Source: an uncultured bacterium
GTDB taxonomy: Bacteria > Patescibacteriota > Saccharimonadia > UBA4664
Length of the DNA stretch: 64,000 nucleotides
Reading direction: 5' to 3'
Assembly: GCA_963720265.1 (NCBI GenBank)
Contig: CAVRET010000002.1
Span: forward strand, 1,006,069 to 1,070,068
Notes under the pieces: model-generated
The model's input: the letters and a program-made list of their open reading frames with translations, nothing else
Databases searched by the model: none
What the model was told of the DNA's origin: nothing
Translations under genes and position numbers: made by a program
Part shown: positions 47,850 to 58,415 of the stretch, piece after piece
Numbering within the stretch: position 1 is the stretch's first letter
How the letters are laid out: each line of letters opens with the position of its first letter

Positions 47850-48263
47850 ATGCTGTCATTACCCTGTATAAACACAACAACGACCGCTGGGTGCGATCTT
47901 GAAGGTCTCAGTGTCTCCTGTCCTGCAATGGCTTTGCAGCGACCTTGGAGAACTACTAATTTTCAGAGTAACCGGCAACCACGGCACTCTACATGAGATG
48001 GAGCACAAAAGCAATAGTTATTATGCACAAAAATCGCCCACGCAATCCCGTTACATTGCCCGAACTGCACAGCTGCCACACATTACAGTGCCCGCGGTCC
48101 CGCCCGACGACGATCGCGACCGAGGACTCGAGGGTGCGAGCCCCTCATTGCTCACCAGGGATTTATTGGCTTGATAGAGCCGCACAATTCTTAGTCATAA
48201 ATCCATGATGAAAGCCCCGGGGTTGATTTGCATGGGTGTATATGACTCATATATACAATTATC

Positions 48264-48572
48264 ATGCAGATACTTCCTGAATTTGAAGGCTTCATTTGGG
48301 ATTGGGCCGATCTTGAAAAGAACCTAATAAAGCATAAAGTTACCGCGCAGGAAGCCGAGGAACTGTTTGCGAATGAGCCGTTTGTCATTCGTCGCGATGA
48401 CCACCACTCGAACCAGCACGAAGTGCGTTTGCAAGCCCTGGGTAAAACCAAAGCTGGCCTGAAACTATTCACTGCCTTTACCATGAGGGATCATAAATTG
48501 AGGGTCATTTCTGTGAGAGATATGACTCCGAGAGAGGAGCAAGCTTATGCGAGAATTGAAAGAACTTCCTGA
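48264..48572 (+). CDS. brnT: BrnT (DUF497) toxin
   Basis: 102-aa ORF. FIWDWADLEKNLIKHKVTAQEAEELF. Confidence 0.8.
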   Translation: MQILPEFEGFIWDWADLEKNLIKHKVTAQEAEELFANEPFVIRRDDHHSNQHEVRLQALGKTKAGLKLFTAFTMRDHKLRVISVRDMTPREEQAYARIERTS

Positions 48573-48828
48573 ATTCAAAAGCCCTGAAGAAGAGTCTGAG
48601 TTTTGGTACACCCGTGACTCAACCGAGTATGTAGATTGGTCCAACGCCGAGAGAGCCGTCTTTCCGAACCTGAAATTCGCTACTGAATCCATTTCAATTC
48701 GCCTGCCTGCGCCGCTTTTAGCACGCATTAAAGAATTGGCAAATGAAAAAGACGTTCCGTACCAATCACTCATGAAGGTGTATCTTAGCGAGCAGGTCGA
48801 TAAGGAACTAGCTGCCAAGACCAAATGA
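48547..48828 (+). CDS. brnA: BrnA antitoxin (CopG/RHH-like)
   Basis: 93 aa. Overlaps brnT. ISIRLPAPLLARIKELANEKDVPYQSLMKVYLSE. Confidence 0.75.
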   Translation: MRELKELPEFKSPEEESEFWYTRDSTEYVDWSNAERAVFPNLKFATESISIRLPAPLLARIKELANEKDVPYQSLMKVYLSEQVDKELAAKTK

Positions 48829-48913
48829 GGTTCACTCACCTCCAACGCGTTAATGCTTGCCAAGATAAAACCATAAGCATTATACTCGTGCTAATTAAAC
48901 GTCAAATACAAAC

Positions 48914-49639
48914 ATGGCTCGAAAACAGGCCGCATCTTCGACCCGCAAGAATAGATCAAACAAAAAAAATGCCACAGTTCGTAGCCGCGCGTTGCCGTCC
49001 CGGCGGTTTTCGCTGTCATTGGTGGCAATATTCGCTGCCGTTTGTGTGGTGGTGGGTATTAAGTACACGTTTTACAGCCAGGCCGACGGTGGTTACTCTC
49101 AGATGTGCGACTACAACTATTCGGCCGTGCAGTGTTTTCACGTACCGAGCGGCAGTGGCATAAGCAAACCTGTTACCACCACGAGCATTAATAACGACAC
49201 GCTGAAAGAAGATTTTGAGCAGGAATCAATGTACCGCTGCAACGGCGGCGACCGCGTCACTTCGACCTGCCCATTTACGGTCGGATCCGGACTTAATAAC
49301 CGCTACCTTAATGACCTCATCGTTCAATACGCCTACGTCGGAGACGGATCAGGCGGGAAATACTGTCTAGGTGATGAATACAATGAGTCGACCATTGCTG
49401 GGCTCCAAGGCTGCAATAGCTACTATGGTACCGGCGGCGGACCGGGCACGATATTTGTAGTGAACATCGGCGGCGGTGGCGGCACGGCCGGCTTTGTGGA
49501 AAGCAACTATTGGTCGAATCAAAATTACAAAAACGGCTTCTACAACGACCCCGGCTGGTTGTGCGCCGAAAACGGCAACAATCTTGGCCTCAACGACAGC
49601 AACGGCAACGGCGACTTGTGCCAGTGGCACCAGCTCTAG
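48914..49639 (+). CDS. secreted Cys-containing hypothetical protein (basic N-tail, TM/signal)
   Basis: 241-aa ORF. Confidence 0.45.
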   Translation: MARKQAASSTRKNRSNKKNATVRSRALPSRRFSLSLVAIFAAVCVVVGIKYTFYSQADGGYSQMCDYNYSAVQCFHVPSGSGISKPVTTTSINNDTLKEDFEQESMYRCNGGDRVTSTCPFTVGSGLNNRYLNDLIVQYAYVGDGSGGKYCLGDEYNESTIAGLQGCNSYYGTGGGPGTIFVVNIGGGGGTAGFVESNYWSNQNYKNGFYNDPGWLCAENGNNLGLNDSNGNGDLCQWHQL

Positions 49640-49650
49640 CGGCTATTTTA

Positions 49651-50148
49651 CTAGCGCGTCACCCGGCCGCTCTCAGCATCAAGCGCCTGATCAAGCAGTT
49701 TCACCAGCCTGGCGTTGGCAGCGGTCAGCTGCTGCCGCGCCTGTACCAGGTCAGTTATATCAATATTGACTGACATCAGGCCATTGATGTTATCGGCATC
49801 GTCGTACGTTGGCTCAATGCTCAGGTCAAAGGTACGCGCTTTGTGGCCGTTCAGCGGCAGTGACACGGTTTCATGATAGGGCCGACCGGTTGCAAGGACC
49901 GTGCGCTTCACAGCGGTAAGTCGCTGCACTTCGGGCTGGTCGTGCACAATATCCTCAAGCCGTTTACCAAGGATATCCATGCCGAGATCCGGACTGGGAT
50001 TGGATACGTGAATATATTTGAGGTCGAGATCTTCCAGGGCGACACTCACACGCGGATGGGAGAACGTCTCCAGATTCTTGGCCGCCCGCGTCAACATCCG
50101 TTTAACTTCTCTCATCTCGCCTCCAATTGTCTTTATCAAGCATATCAC
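49651..50148 (-). CDS. stand-alone PAS-domain protein
   Basis: 165-aa ORF with a PAS-like core (...VALEDLDLKYIHVSNP...ILGKRLEDIV...). Confidence 0.45.
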   Translation of the reverse strand: MICLIKTIGGEMREVKRMLTRAAKNLETFSHPRVSVALEDLDLKYIHVSNPSPDLGMDILGKRLEDIVHDQPEVQRLTAVKRTVLATGRPYHETVSLPLNGHKARTFDLSIEPTYDDADNINGLMSVNIDITDLVQARQQLTAANARLVKLLDQALDAESGRVTR

Positions 50149-50553
50149 GCTGGTAACACGCCCATAATGCTTATGTTTATTGGCTTAGGAAAGCAAAAAA
50201 CCCTTGACGCGCTGCGAGGCTGGCGCTACATTAAAGGTACCTCTACTTTGTGCAGAGGTACCTACCGAAAAAGGAGATGAGGAGGCAACTTCGAGTCACA
50301 CCGTTCGGGTCTGATAGGAGCAGTGAGTGAGGTTGGTGGGGAGGTCGCAAGGCCAAACGAGTAGCCACACGACAGCCACTGAAGCAGCTGGTGAAAACTA
50401 GGCCGACCATCGGTAAATGGCTGTCCGTTTGAGGGGGCGAGCAATCGCATCGGAGGATGAAACTGCAAGATGGGCAAGACGCCGCTGGGAAACCGGTGGC
50501 GTTTTTGTGTTGAGTGCGACCAAGTGTTTCCGCTTGTGCTAAACTAACAGGTA

Positions 50554-52494
50554 ATGAGCGCGCGCGTTGTGAGGGGCTTAACCCCTGTTGGAAAACCGCA
50601 TCCTGCCGCCAAGTGGAGTCTGCTCATGGCACTATTGGCGGTGGTTGTGCTTGGTGTACCGGGCATTGCTTCGGCCGGCCAGCCTACGGTGCATGCGCCC
50701 ACCGGCCCGGAGTCGGGCGGGGTTTTTACCGGACCCTACACCTTTGATACCTATATAAACTGCAGCGGCGGGGCCAGCTTTAACAGCTCCTACACCAACT
50801 CCCTTGACGGCACTCATGCATTTGCGTTTTATGGTGCGGCCGACGGTTCGCTACTTGTTACCATCGACGGCGGCGGACTGCTGCTCATTACTTCCTGCGG
50901 CAATCCGCTCACCGGCCCGATGACTAATGTGGCCGACTACACGGTCACGAAAGGCAACCCACCCAGCCCCACGCCGACGCCGTCAGCCACGCCCTCACCC
51001 ACGCCACGGCCCAGCGCCACACCGACGCCGCCGGCCGGATCGGGCAGCAGCAAGGGCAGTGGAAGCAATGGGGGAGGCAACGCCGCCGCGGCCTCTGGCG
51101 GCACGGCGGACACTCCAACGCCGCAGACGAATCCCGGCCAGCCGACCCCGGTTGCAACCACGCCGACCGCGGCCGGCACCCCGGTCCCAACCGGCGCGCA
51201 CAACAAAACGCCGGCGGTCCAGTTGCCCTTTAGGGTTTCAGGCCAGCCGGAAGGTAAGCAGTTCCCGCTCACCTTGGCCATGATCCTGCTTGGCCTGGCG
51301 TTACTCGGAATATTAATAGTTGTCCTGAGCCGCTCACGGCATGCCCGCGAACGACTCCACTCCGCGATCATGCCGCTAAAATTACGGTTCGAACCGCACT
51401 GGCTGCGCTTCCGTCATGCTGTTAGGACACACTTGCCCACGCCGCACGGCCTCAACGAACCGAAGAAAAAAGGCCTGAGCGCGCACCATCACTCCGGCCG
51501 CCTGCTTGCGCACCATCACACGTCGTATCCAGCGCTGGCCTTCTTACTCCTGGTCTCAGCCATACTGGCCGCTGCAGCTTCATATGCCACACAAGCTGAC
51601 AGCTCGGACAGCTCAGTGGTGTCGCTGACCGTTAATGGACCGCCGCCGTCAACCGCGCCCACAATTGACGACCCCACCACCGGCGACCACGTATCAACGA
51701 ATAGCATTACGGTCCGCGGTACCTGCCAAAGCGGGCTATTGGTTGAAGTTGACCGCAATACCGACTTTGCCGGCGATACCATGTGCGACGCGAGCGGCCT
51801 GTACTCCGTGCTCATCACCCTGGTGCCAAATGAGAACGACCTTGTGGCTCGCCACGCCGACGCGCTTGGGCAGTACGGGCCGGATTCAAATGTCGTGATC
51901 GTTTTCTACGACGTGCCCCCGCCCCCGCCGTCTCCATCGCCGTCGGCTTCACCAACCCCGCTCCCGTCCGGCTCATCCGGATCCAGCTCGGGTACTAAGC
52001 ACACTGCCCAAACCGCTACCCCCACGCCTGCACCCCCAGCCCAGCCCGCGCCGTTGCTTATCAGTGCCGGTAATCAGTTGTATCGCGGCGGCGAGGTCCA
52101 AGAAACTATCCAGTGGCCGGTCACCATCACCGGCGGCCGCGGACCCTACGTCGTCACCTGGGAATGGGGCGACGGCAGCGCAACCGATTCGCTCGTGGCG
52201 CCGGCCGCCGGCCCGGTACAAATGGCCCATGCGTACGCGAATCCCGGATCGTACCAGGTGACGATTCGGGCTACGGACGCCAGTGGTAACCAAGCCGTAC
52301 TGCAAGTCGTGACTGTTATTAATGGCACGGCGACAGCCGCCTCGGCCATCGGCAATTCCAAGCCGGATGCCGGTGTCTTGATAGCAATCTGGCCGACACT
52401 GAGCCTATGCGGCCTTCTCGTGCTTTGCTTCTGGTTGGGAGAACGACACAAGCAAGCTATCGTTGACAGGCTGCGCAATACCGGTTACGCTTGA
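50554..52494 (+). CDS. large surface protein: signal peptide, beta-rich domains separated by P/T/S linkers, C-terminal TM anchor
   Basis: 646 aa. PSPTPTPSATPSPTPRPSATPTPP linkers. C-terminal hydrophobic helix followed by a basic tail. Confidence 0.6.
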   Translation: MSARVVRGLTPVGKPHPAAKWSLLMALLAVVVLGVPGIASAGQPTVHAPTGPESGGVFTGPYTFDTYINCSGGASFNSSYTNSLDGTHAFAFYGAADGSLLVTIDGGGLLLITSCGNPLTGPMTNVADYTVTKGNPPSPTPTPSATPSPTPRPSATPTPPAGSGSSKGSGSNGGGNAAAASGGTADTPTPQTNPGQPTPVATTPTAAGTPVPTGAHNKTPAVQLPFRVSGQPEGKQFPLTLAMILLGLALLGILIVVLSRSRHARERLHSAIMPLKLRFEPHWLRFRHAVRTHLPTPHGLNEPKKKGLSAHHHSGRLLAHHHTSYPALAFLLLVSAILAAAASYATQADSSDSSVVSLTVNGPPPSTAPTIDDPTTGDHVSTNSITVRGTCQSGLLVEVDRNTDFAGDTMCDASGLYSVLITLVPNENDLVARHADALGQYGPDSNVVIVFYDVPPPPPSPSPSASPTPLPSGSSGSSSGTKHTAQTATPTPAPPAQPAPLLISAGNQLYRGGEVQETIQWPVTITGGRGPYVVTWEWGDGSATDSLVAPAAGPVQMAHAYANPGSYQVTIRATDASGNQAVLQVVTVINGTATAASAIGNSKPDAGVLIAIWPTLSLCGLLVLCFWLGERHKQAIVDRLRNTGYA

Positions 52495-53666
52495 TTCAGG
52501 CCTGTTGTAGGCTTAACACTAAATCAAACGTTCGAAGCAAAACCAAACAAACAAAAGTGCCAAGAATTTCAGGATCATACCAATCGTCCAAGCGCCCGTC
52601 ACGTCACCCCGTGCTCTACCGCCGGATCTGGCTTGTGGTAGCTTTTGTTGTTACGGTCATTGCTGCAACGAGTGCGCCTATACATGCCGCCACTTTGTCG
52701 ACCGCTTCAGTGGCAATGTCTGATCCCAGGCCCAATTCCACGGCTGTTAACTATACCGTCACCGCCTCGAGCGTATCGTCCATTGCGCTGCGCTGCATTG
52801 AGGAAACCTACGTCACCACCCCCGGCGGTGCAACGGCTGTGCCTGGCTTCAGCTCCGCTGCCGCCACCGTCAGCGCCGGCTCAACCTTACTGAACGGCTC
52901 GACCGGCACCTGGAATGTCACCGACACTGCCAACAGCATTAAGTACGCCAACACCACCAACGCCACCGCGCCCAGTACTACCACCGGCGCCACGTTTATT
53001 GCCCAAAACATTACCAACGGCAGCACCGGTAACACCAGCTACTGGATTACGTTCCAGACTTTCAGCGACTCGGCTTGCTCAGTACCGGTTGACAACGCCA
53101 CCGTCGGCTTCATCTACAATCAGGGCTCCACACTCTCGCTGACGGTTAACGACACGCTCAGCTTCACAGTCAACGCCGTAGCAGCCAGCCAAGCTTGTGA
53201 TGGCACTACCACCACGGGTGCATCGACTGCCACCACCATTCCGTTTGGCACGGTCACGAGTGCCGCCAATGCAATTGTCTGCCAAGACCTCACTGCCGCT
53301 ACCAACGCGACTAACGGCTACACCATTTACGCGCGCTACACTGCGAAACCCACCAACGCGCTGAACCAAACCATTGCCGACTGGACCGGCACTAATGCCG
53401 CGCCCACGCCGTTCGCGGCCGCCGGCACAGAAGCCTACGGCTACACCACCAACGATGCGACGCTCGGCACCGGCACGGTCAACCGCTTTACTAACCCAGT
53501 CCAAAACTGGGCCGCCATGACCACCAGTAACGCCGAAGTCGCCTATGAGCCTAACGGTGTCACCAGCACCACCTACCGCATCGGCCACCAGGTCGGCGTC
53601 TCGCTCACCACCCGGCCTGGTACCTACACCACGACCGTCATCTACACCTGCACACCGATTTATTAG
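52491..53666 (+). CDS. secreted paralog 1 of a three-member family (variable N-half, conserved C-terminal ~180-aa domain ending YTTTVIYTCTPIY); WxL-protein-like architecture
   Basis: 391 aa. Signal peptide. The C-half is ~85% identical to the 56271-57401 product, with synonymous DNA divergence. Confidence 0.65.
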   Translation: MIQACCRLNTKSNVRSKTKQTKVPRISGSYQSSKRPSRHPVLYRRIWLVVAFVVTVIAATSAPIHAATLSTASVAMSDPRPNSTAVNYTVTASSVSSIALRCIEETYVTTPGGATAVPGFSSAAATVSAGSTLLNGSTGTWNVTDTANSIKYANTTNATAPSTTTGATFIAQNITNGSTGNTSYWITFQTFSDSACSVPVDNATVGFIYNQGSTLSLTVNDTLSFTVNAVAASQACDGTTTTGASTATTIPFGTVTSAANAIVCQDLTAATNATNGYTIYARYTAKPTNALNQTIADWTGTNAAPTPFAAAGTEAYGYTTNDATLGTGTVNRFTNPVQNWAAMTTSNAEVAYEPNGVTSTTYRIGHQVGVSLTTRPGTYTTTVIYTCTPIY

Positions 53667-53767
53667 ATAAAAGTAATCTTTGGCTGCGGCTTTTACGCAC
53701 TGTCACGGTTGACTCTAAAAAACGTCCACGCTAACATTGCCTTGCTCATTTACACCAAGACAGGGAA

Positions 53768-54181
53768 GTGATAAACGTGGACAAACCGAGGTGGCGAGCC
53801 ATCCAAGTCGTCCTGTTTTGCGTATTCCTTCCGTTCTACCTCGGCGGCTGGATGCTGATAGCCTTCGAAATTGTGCTGATCCCTGAAACCTTTGGGCTCG
53901 TCAAACACGCCCATCATCTGTCCGCGACTTGGGCACTAATCTTGGCGGTCGTGTGTCTTTTGGTAACGGCGAACAGTTTTCGGTTTTGGAAAACCGGAAA
54001 CAGCAAGCTCCTGTTTGAAATCCTGTCAGACACCAGCGCCCCTGAGGACCAAGCGCTCAAAATGAGCGAGAGTGGCACCGAGCCGCTTCCACCTACCGGC
54101 CAAGACGTCCCCGGTTGGATAGTTGCAGTCGCACTCATACTCTTGGTGGGTCGAGCACTGTGGACAAATAGGTCACAGTGA
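53768..54181 (+). CDS. small membrane protein with a C-terminal LPXTG-type sorting signal (LPPTG-QDVPG-WIVAVALILLVG-R), CscD-like
   Basis: 137 aa located between paralogs 1 and 2. Confidence 0.45.
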   Translation: MINVDKPRWRAIQVVLFCVFLPFYLGGWMLIAFEIVLIPETFGLVKHAHHLSATWALILAVVCLLVTANSFRFWKTGNSKLLFEILSDTSAPEDQALKMSESGTEPLPPTGQDVPGWIVAVALILLVGRALWTNRSQ

Positions 54182-54311
54182 CCGTTCAATATCGCTAGCG
54201 GGGTCACAACGACGATGGTTCCGCTACACCGAGCGCCGCGCGAAAAATCCGCGGCGTTTGATTGCAAACATAAGCACAATCCGCTACACTCCAATCAACT
54301 CTTGATGGAGT

Positions 54312-55436
54312 TTGTCATTGCAGCGCCTAATTCGCGCCGCCCGGGTTTTGGGTATTTCGTTACCTACACACCCGCGCCGGCCGCTACAATATTTTTTGAT
54401 CGTAATCCTGGGGCTCATGCTGTTGCCGGCCGCCCCAGTCGCGGCGGCAACGCTAAACACCGCCTCGGTTGCTCTATCTGACCCGCAGCCTGCCGCCACT
54501 GGTGTAACGTATGATTTCACCGGCTCCGGCGTTACATCCACGGCTATTAATTGTGTGCAGGTGACTATTGCAACTACTGCCACCGGCACCACCGCGCCCA
54601 GCGGTTTTGACGGCAGTAGCGCCAGCGTTTCGGCCGGGCAATCATCGCTCATTAACTCCAGCGGCGCAGGCTGGGGTCTCGTTGTTTCCGGCTCGGGCAA
54701 CAACGTTTTCAGCTACACCAATTCGTCCGGTGTCACGCCAAGTACGCTATCCGGCGCCACCTTCGTGCTTGCCAATATTACCAATTCTAATACTGCCGAC
54801 ACCGGCTACTTCTTTCAGCTCAACACCTACGCTAATACCAATTGCACGAGCTCGCCGGTCGACAATGTGGTCACGCAATTCATTAACACCAACGGCTCGA
54901 CCCTCTCGCTCACCGTTACGCCCACACTTAGCTTTACCGTGAACGGCATAAGTTCCAGCGCCAGCTGCGACGGCACCACCACCACCGGTACGTCCACTGC
55001 CACCACGATTCCGTTCGGCACGGTCACAAGTGCTGCCAATGCCGTGGTTTGCCAGGACCTGCAAGCCGCTACCAATGCCACGAATGGCTACACGATATAT
55101 TTACGCGACACCGGCCAGCCCACGAGCGGCAGCAATACTATCGCCAACGCTCCGGGCTCCAATGCCTCACCGGCCGCTTTTCCGTCGGCCGGCACCGAGG
55201 CCTATGGCTACACCACCAACGATCAAACTCTGGGCACCGGTACTCCAAACCGCTTCTATAATGGCTCGACCTACAAGTGGGCGGCTGCCACCACATCAGA
55301 CGAGGAGGTTGCCTACGAGTCCGCCGGCGTGGCCACCACCGATTACGACATTGCCCACCAAGTTGGCATTGCCTCAACAACTTTCTCGGGCACCTACACC
55401 ACGACCATTATTTACACCTGCACGCCGGTGTATTAA
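54312..55436 (+). CDS. secreted paralog 2 (same family as paralog 1)
   Basis: 374 aa. Same conserved Cys pair (CDGTTTTG...VCQD) and C-terminal ...TYTTTIIYTCTPVY. N-terminal extended-signal motif RLIRAARVLGI. Confidence 0.65.
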   Translation: MSLQRLIRAARVLGISLPTHPRRPLQYFLIVILGLMLLPAAPVAAATLNTASVALSDPQPAATGVTYDFTGSGVTSTAINCVQVTIATTATGTTAPSGFDGSSASVSAGQSSLINSSGAGWGLVVSGSGNNVFSYTNSSGVTPSTLSGATFVLANITNSNTADTGYFFQLNTYANTNCTSSPVDNVVTQFINTNGSTLSLTVTPTLSFTVNGISSSASCDGTTTTGTSTATTIPFGTVTSAANAVVCQDLQAATNATNGYTIYLRDTGQPTSGSNTIANAPGSNASPAAFPSAGTEAYGYTTNDQTLGTGTPNRFYNGSTYKWAAATTSDEEVAYESAGVATTDYDIAHQVGIASTTFSGTYTTTIIYTCTPVY

Positions 55437-55495
55437 CCTCTTACAATAGTTCTTCACATCCGAGCGCAAGTTGCGCCGACCGAAATGGAGCCGCC

Positions 55496-56095
55496 ATGGA
55501 CGATCCGGTACTGGACGATTTGGCAGTCAATCTGCTGGCGGCTATGCCGCCGGCACCGGGAATGCTGCTTGGAAAAATTTGGTCTGACCACACCGCGCAG
55601 CACGGCGTCCCATCACCCGAGACGTCCGAAGCCCAAGTCACCCCTGCTATGAGCCTCCTGCGGGCGGGCCTGGTTACGGTCAACGGTGCAGGTCCGCTAT
55701 GGGCCGTGACCGAAGCCGGTGGGCTTTTCTGCCTGGTTCTCAGCCGACCGTGGGTCGCGGTGCGCAGCCTCGAGCCGCAGCCACTGAGCAAAAAGCGGAA
55801 AGCCATCCATAGATGGATCGGGGTGATTGACCGACTCGTCGCAAACGGCAGCCAACTCATACTCACTATTAGGTGGGTGCTCAAGAACGATCAGCCCGCG
55901 CCCGACGTCATCGAAGAGATACGTGTAGTTGAGCTGACTCAGCGCAAGGTTTCCGCGGTCGCAGGCGACGACCACGCAATGAATCTGCCGCTGGGCGCAA
56001 CCGGCAACGATTTTGAAGTATCCGCGCCGGGAGGCGAGGTCGCCGCTCTGCTGACCGAAGCCGGCTTTGACCTCAGGTCGGCCGGCGCTAGATGA
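55496..56095 (+). CDS. hypothetical cytoplasmic protein embedded in the surface-protein locus. Start corrected to ATG 55496 with GGAG SD; the track ORF starts at 55277 inside paralog 2.
   Basis: ~200 aa with no TM. Confidence 0.4.
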   Translation: MDDPVLDDLAVNLLAAMPPAPGMLLGKIWSDHTAQHGVPSPETSEAQVTPAMSLLRAGLVTVNGAGPLWAVTEAGGLFCLVLSRPWVAVRSLEPQPLSKKRKAIHRWIGVIDRLVANGSQLILTIRWVLKNDQPAPDVIEEIRVVELTQRKVSAVAGDDHAMNLPLGATGNDFEVSAPGGEVAALLTEAGFDLRSAGAR

Positions 56096-56270
56096 AGGCG
56101 AGCACGCATGCGTTCGCAATGGCGGCCGGGACAAGCGAAACCCGGCCGCCTGGGGCCGGGGATTATCCCCCGGTTCCAAACCTGGAATTATTACTCACAT
56201 AGGTGTTGTAAAAACTGCTTGACGCCGGTTTATATAGCGGTTACGCTTAAAAAGACCTCATTAAAAAGTT

Positions 56271-57401
56271 GTGGAGAGAAGAGTGAAGAGAATTAGCCGT
56301 GCGGCTGAAGCCCTTGGGGTACCAACAGCCAGACAGTTCCGGGGGACGCTAGCGAAAATCCTAGCGTTTGTGCTTGCGTTTGTAAGTATTGGTTTGGCGC
56401 CTGGCCTGGCCAGTGCTGCGACGCTAAATACTGCTTCGGTCGCGCTCAGCGACCCGACGCCTAGTCAAACCGGTGTAAGTTACACCTTCACTGGCTCTGG
56501 TGTCACAACCAGCACGCCTATTAAATGCATTACCGTCCAATTCACCACCACTGCCGGTGGTTCAACCCTGCCCGGCAGCATGGGGATTACGGCTACCTCG
56601 CTCGATGCGTCGAGTAACTTTGTTCCGACCCCGAGCGGATTTGGCTCAGCCTCAAACCCCAACGGTTACACCGTGCAGTTCACCGACAGCTCCGGTGAGA
56701 CTCCGGCATCGAGCTCGGCCAGAACTTTGGAGCTTGACGGCATCACCAACGGCAGTACCGGTAACGTCGGCTACTACGAAACTGTATCCACGTTTTCAGA
56801 CACCGGCTGTTCCACCCCGATCGACAACGCTATGGTCCAGTTCATCTATAACCAGGGCTCGACCCTCTCGCTGACAGTCAACAATACACTGAGCTTCTCG
56901 GTCAATGCCGTGGCGGCTAGCCAAGGTTGCGATGGAACCACGACCACCCAAGCGTCCACAGCGACCACCATCCCGTTCGGCACCGTGACAGCCGCCGCCA
57001 ACGGTGTCGTCTGCCAGGATCTCACCGCTGCGAGCAATGCCACGAATGGATATACGATTTACACTCGTTACACCGCGCCACCAACTAACGCCCTGAACCA
57101 AACTATCCTACCTTGGACCGGCACCAACACAACGCCAACCACCTTCTCGGCACCCGGCACCGAGGCCTATGGCTACTCAACCAATGACGCAACGCTTGGC
57201 ACCGGCACCGCCAACCGGTTCGACAACAGCGGTAACTTCTACTGGGCCGCAGAAACCACCTCCAATGCTGAAGTTGCGTACGAGCCAAACGGCGTCACGA
57301 GCACCACATACCGCATCGGTCACCAGGTAGGCATCTCTCTCACCACGCACCCGGGCACCTACACGACGACCGTGATCTACACTTGCACCCCGATCTACTA
57401 A
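56271..57401 (+). CDS. secreted paralog 3
   Basis: 376 aa. N-terminal motif RVKRISRAAEALGV. C-terminus identical to paralog 1 (YTTTVIYTCTPIY). Confidence 0.65.
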   Translation: MERRVKRISRAAEALGVPTARQFRGTLAKILAFVLAFVSIGLAPGLASAATLNTASVALSDPTPSQTGVSYTFTGSGVTTSTPIKCITVQFTTTAGGSTLPGSMGITATSLDASSNFVPTPSGFGSASNPNGYTVQFTDSSGETPASSSARTLELDGITNGSTGNVGYYETVSTFSDTGCSTPIDNAMVQFIYNQGSTLSLTVNNTLSFSVNAVAASQGCDGTTTTQASTATTIPFGTVTAAANGVVCQDLTAASNATNGYTIYTRYTAPPTNALNQTILPWTGTNTTPTTFSAPGTEAYGYSTNDATLGTGTANRFDNSGNFYWAAETTSNAEVAYEPNGVTSTTYRIGHQVGISLTTHPGTYTTTVIYTCTPIY

Positions 57402-57422
57402 TCCGGTAAGCTAAACTACATC

Positions 57423-58397
57423 ATGATACGCGCAGCCATTTACCGCCGCTTGCCCCTCGTCGCAGGCGGCGTAATGGTGCTTACAAGCCTCCTGGTACCA
57501 ATGTTCGCCGCCGCTGCCAATACAGCCCAAGCTCCATCGAGCAGTGCCGCCACTCAAGGTTTCCAAATCTCGCCGCCCATCACCACGCTCAATATGAACC
57601 GCGGTACCAGCACCCAGGGCAACATGAAGGTGACGAACCTCACTGCCGGGACCCTCACGCTGGCGGTCTCCAAGGAGAATTTCGTTGCCCAAGGTGAAGA
57701 GGGCCAGGTCGCTCTTACCGACAACGCCGATCCACTTTATTCCTTGGCGCCGTACTTCACGCTTAGTACGAGCCAAGTAACGGTCGCACCAACCGCCACC
57801 GCCCAGGTAAACTACACCATTAGTGTGCCGCTCAACGCCGAGCCCGGCGGCCGCTACGGCTCGATCACGTTTACGTCTATCCCGGCGGCTCTGCCCAGCG
57901 GCCAGTCCGGCGCGGCCGTACGCCAACAATTGGCTGGGCTCATATTGCTGCGCATCAACGGCCCCACCCACGAGCAATTATCGATCGCCACATTCAAGAC
58001 CGACAAATCGTTTTACGAATACGGGCCGGTTACCTTTACCACCCGCGTGCAAAACGAGGGCAATGTGCACGAAAAGCCGTCAGGCCAAATCGTGGTAAAA
58101 AACATCCTTGGCGTGACCACTGACAAACTCGCCCTTGAGCAGCAATATGTGCTGCCCGGTGCGGTCCGTCGCCTCACCACCAAGCTTAACCGCCACTTCA
58201 TGTTTGGTCCCTATACCGCCACACTCACGCTGCACAATGGCACGATTCAAACCATCACCGCCAAGGCCAGCTTTACCGTCCTGCCCTACAAGCTGATCAT
58301 CCTGGTGGTGATCATTCTGCTCATCCTATTCCTGATCTTCTGGAAAGGCCGCCACCGCCTGGGCCGCGCCTTCAGGATCTTAAGCGGCCGCGAATAG
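57423..58397 (+). CDS. DUF916/CscA-like bitopic surface protein (signal peptide, ~270-aa ectodomain, C-terminal TM, short basic tail)
   Basis: Architecture and locus context only. Its ectodomain is homologous to the N-domain of 59759-61393. Confidence 0.5.
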   Translation: MIRAAIYRRLPLVAGGVMVLTSLLVPMFAAAANTAQAPSSSAATQGFQISPPITTLNMNRGTSTQGNMKVTNLTAGTLTLAVSKENFVAQGEEGQVALTDNADPLYSLAPYFTLSTSQVTVAPTATAQVNYTISVPLNAEPGGRYGSITFTSIPAALPSGQSGAAVRQQLAGLILLRINGPTHEQLSIATFKTDKSFYEYGPVTFTTRVQNEGNVHEKPSGQIVVKNILGVTTDKLALEQQYVLPGAVRRLTTKLNRHFMFGPYTATLTLHNGTIQTITAKASFTVLPYKLIILVVIILLILFLIFWKGRHRLGRAFRILSGRE

Positions 58398-58415
58398 CCT
58401 GCTATAATTACGCTA

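Noticed and set aside
48840-48900. Hairpin AATGCTT-N15-AAGCATT after brnA as a terminator
   Set aside because: Long loop and no downstream U-tract, so it is weak.
55277-55495. 5' extension of track ORF 55277-56095
   Set aside because: It runs inside paralog 2 in another frame and is Cys/His/Arg-rich. An internal ATG at 55496 with a GGAG SD gives a sensible start after the paralog-2 stop.
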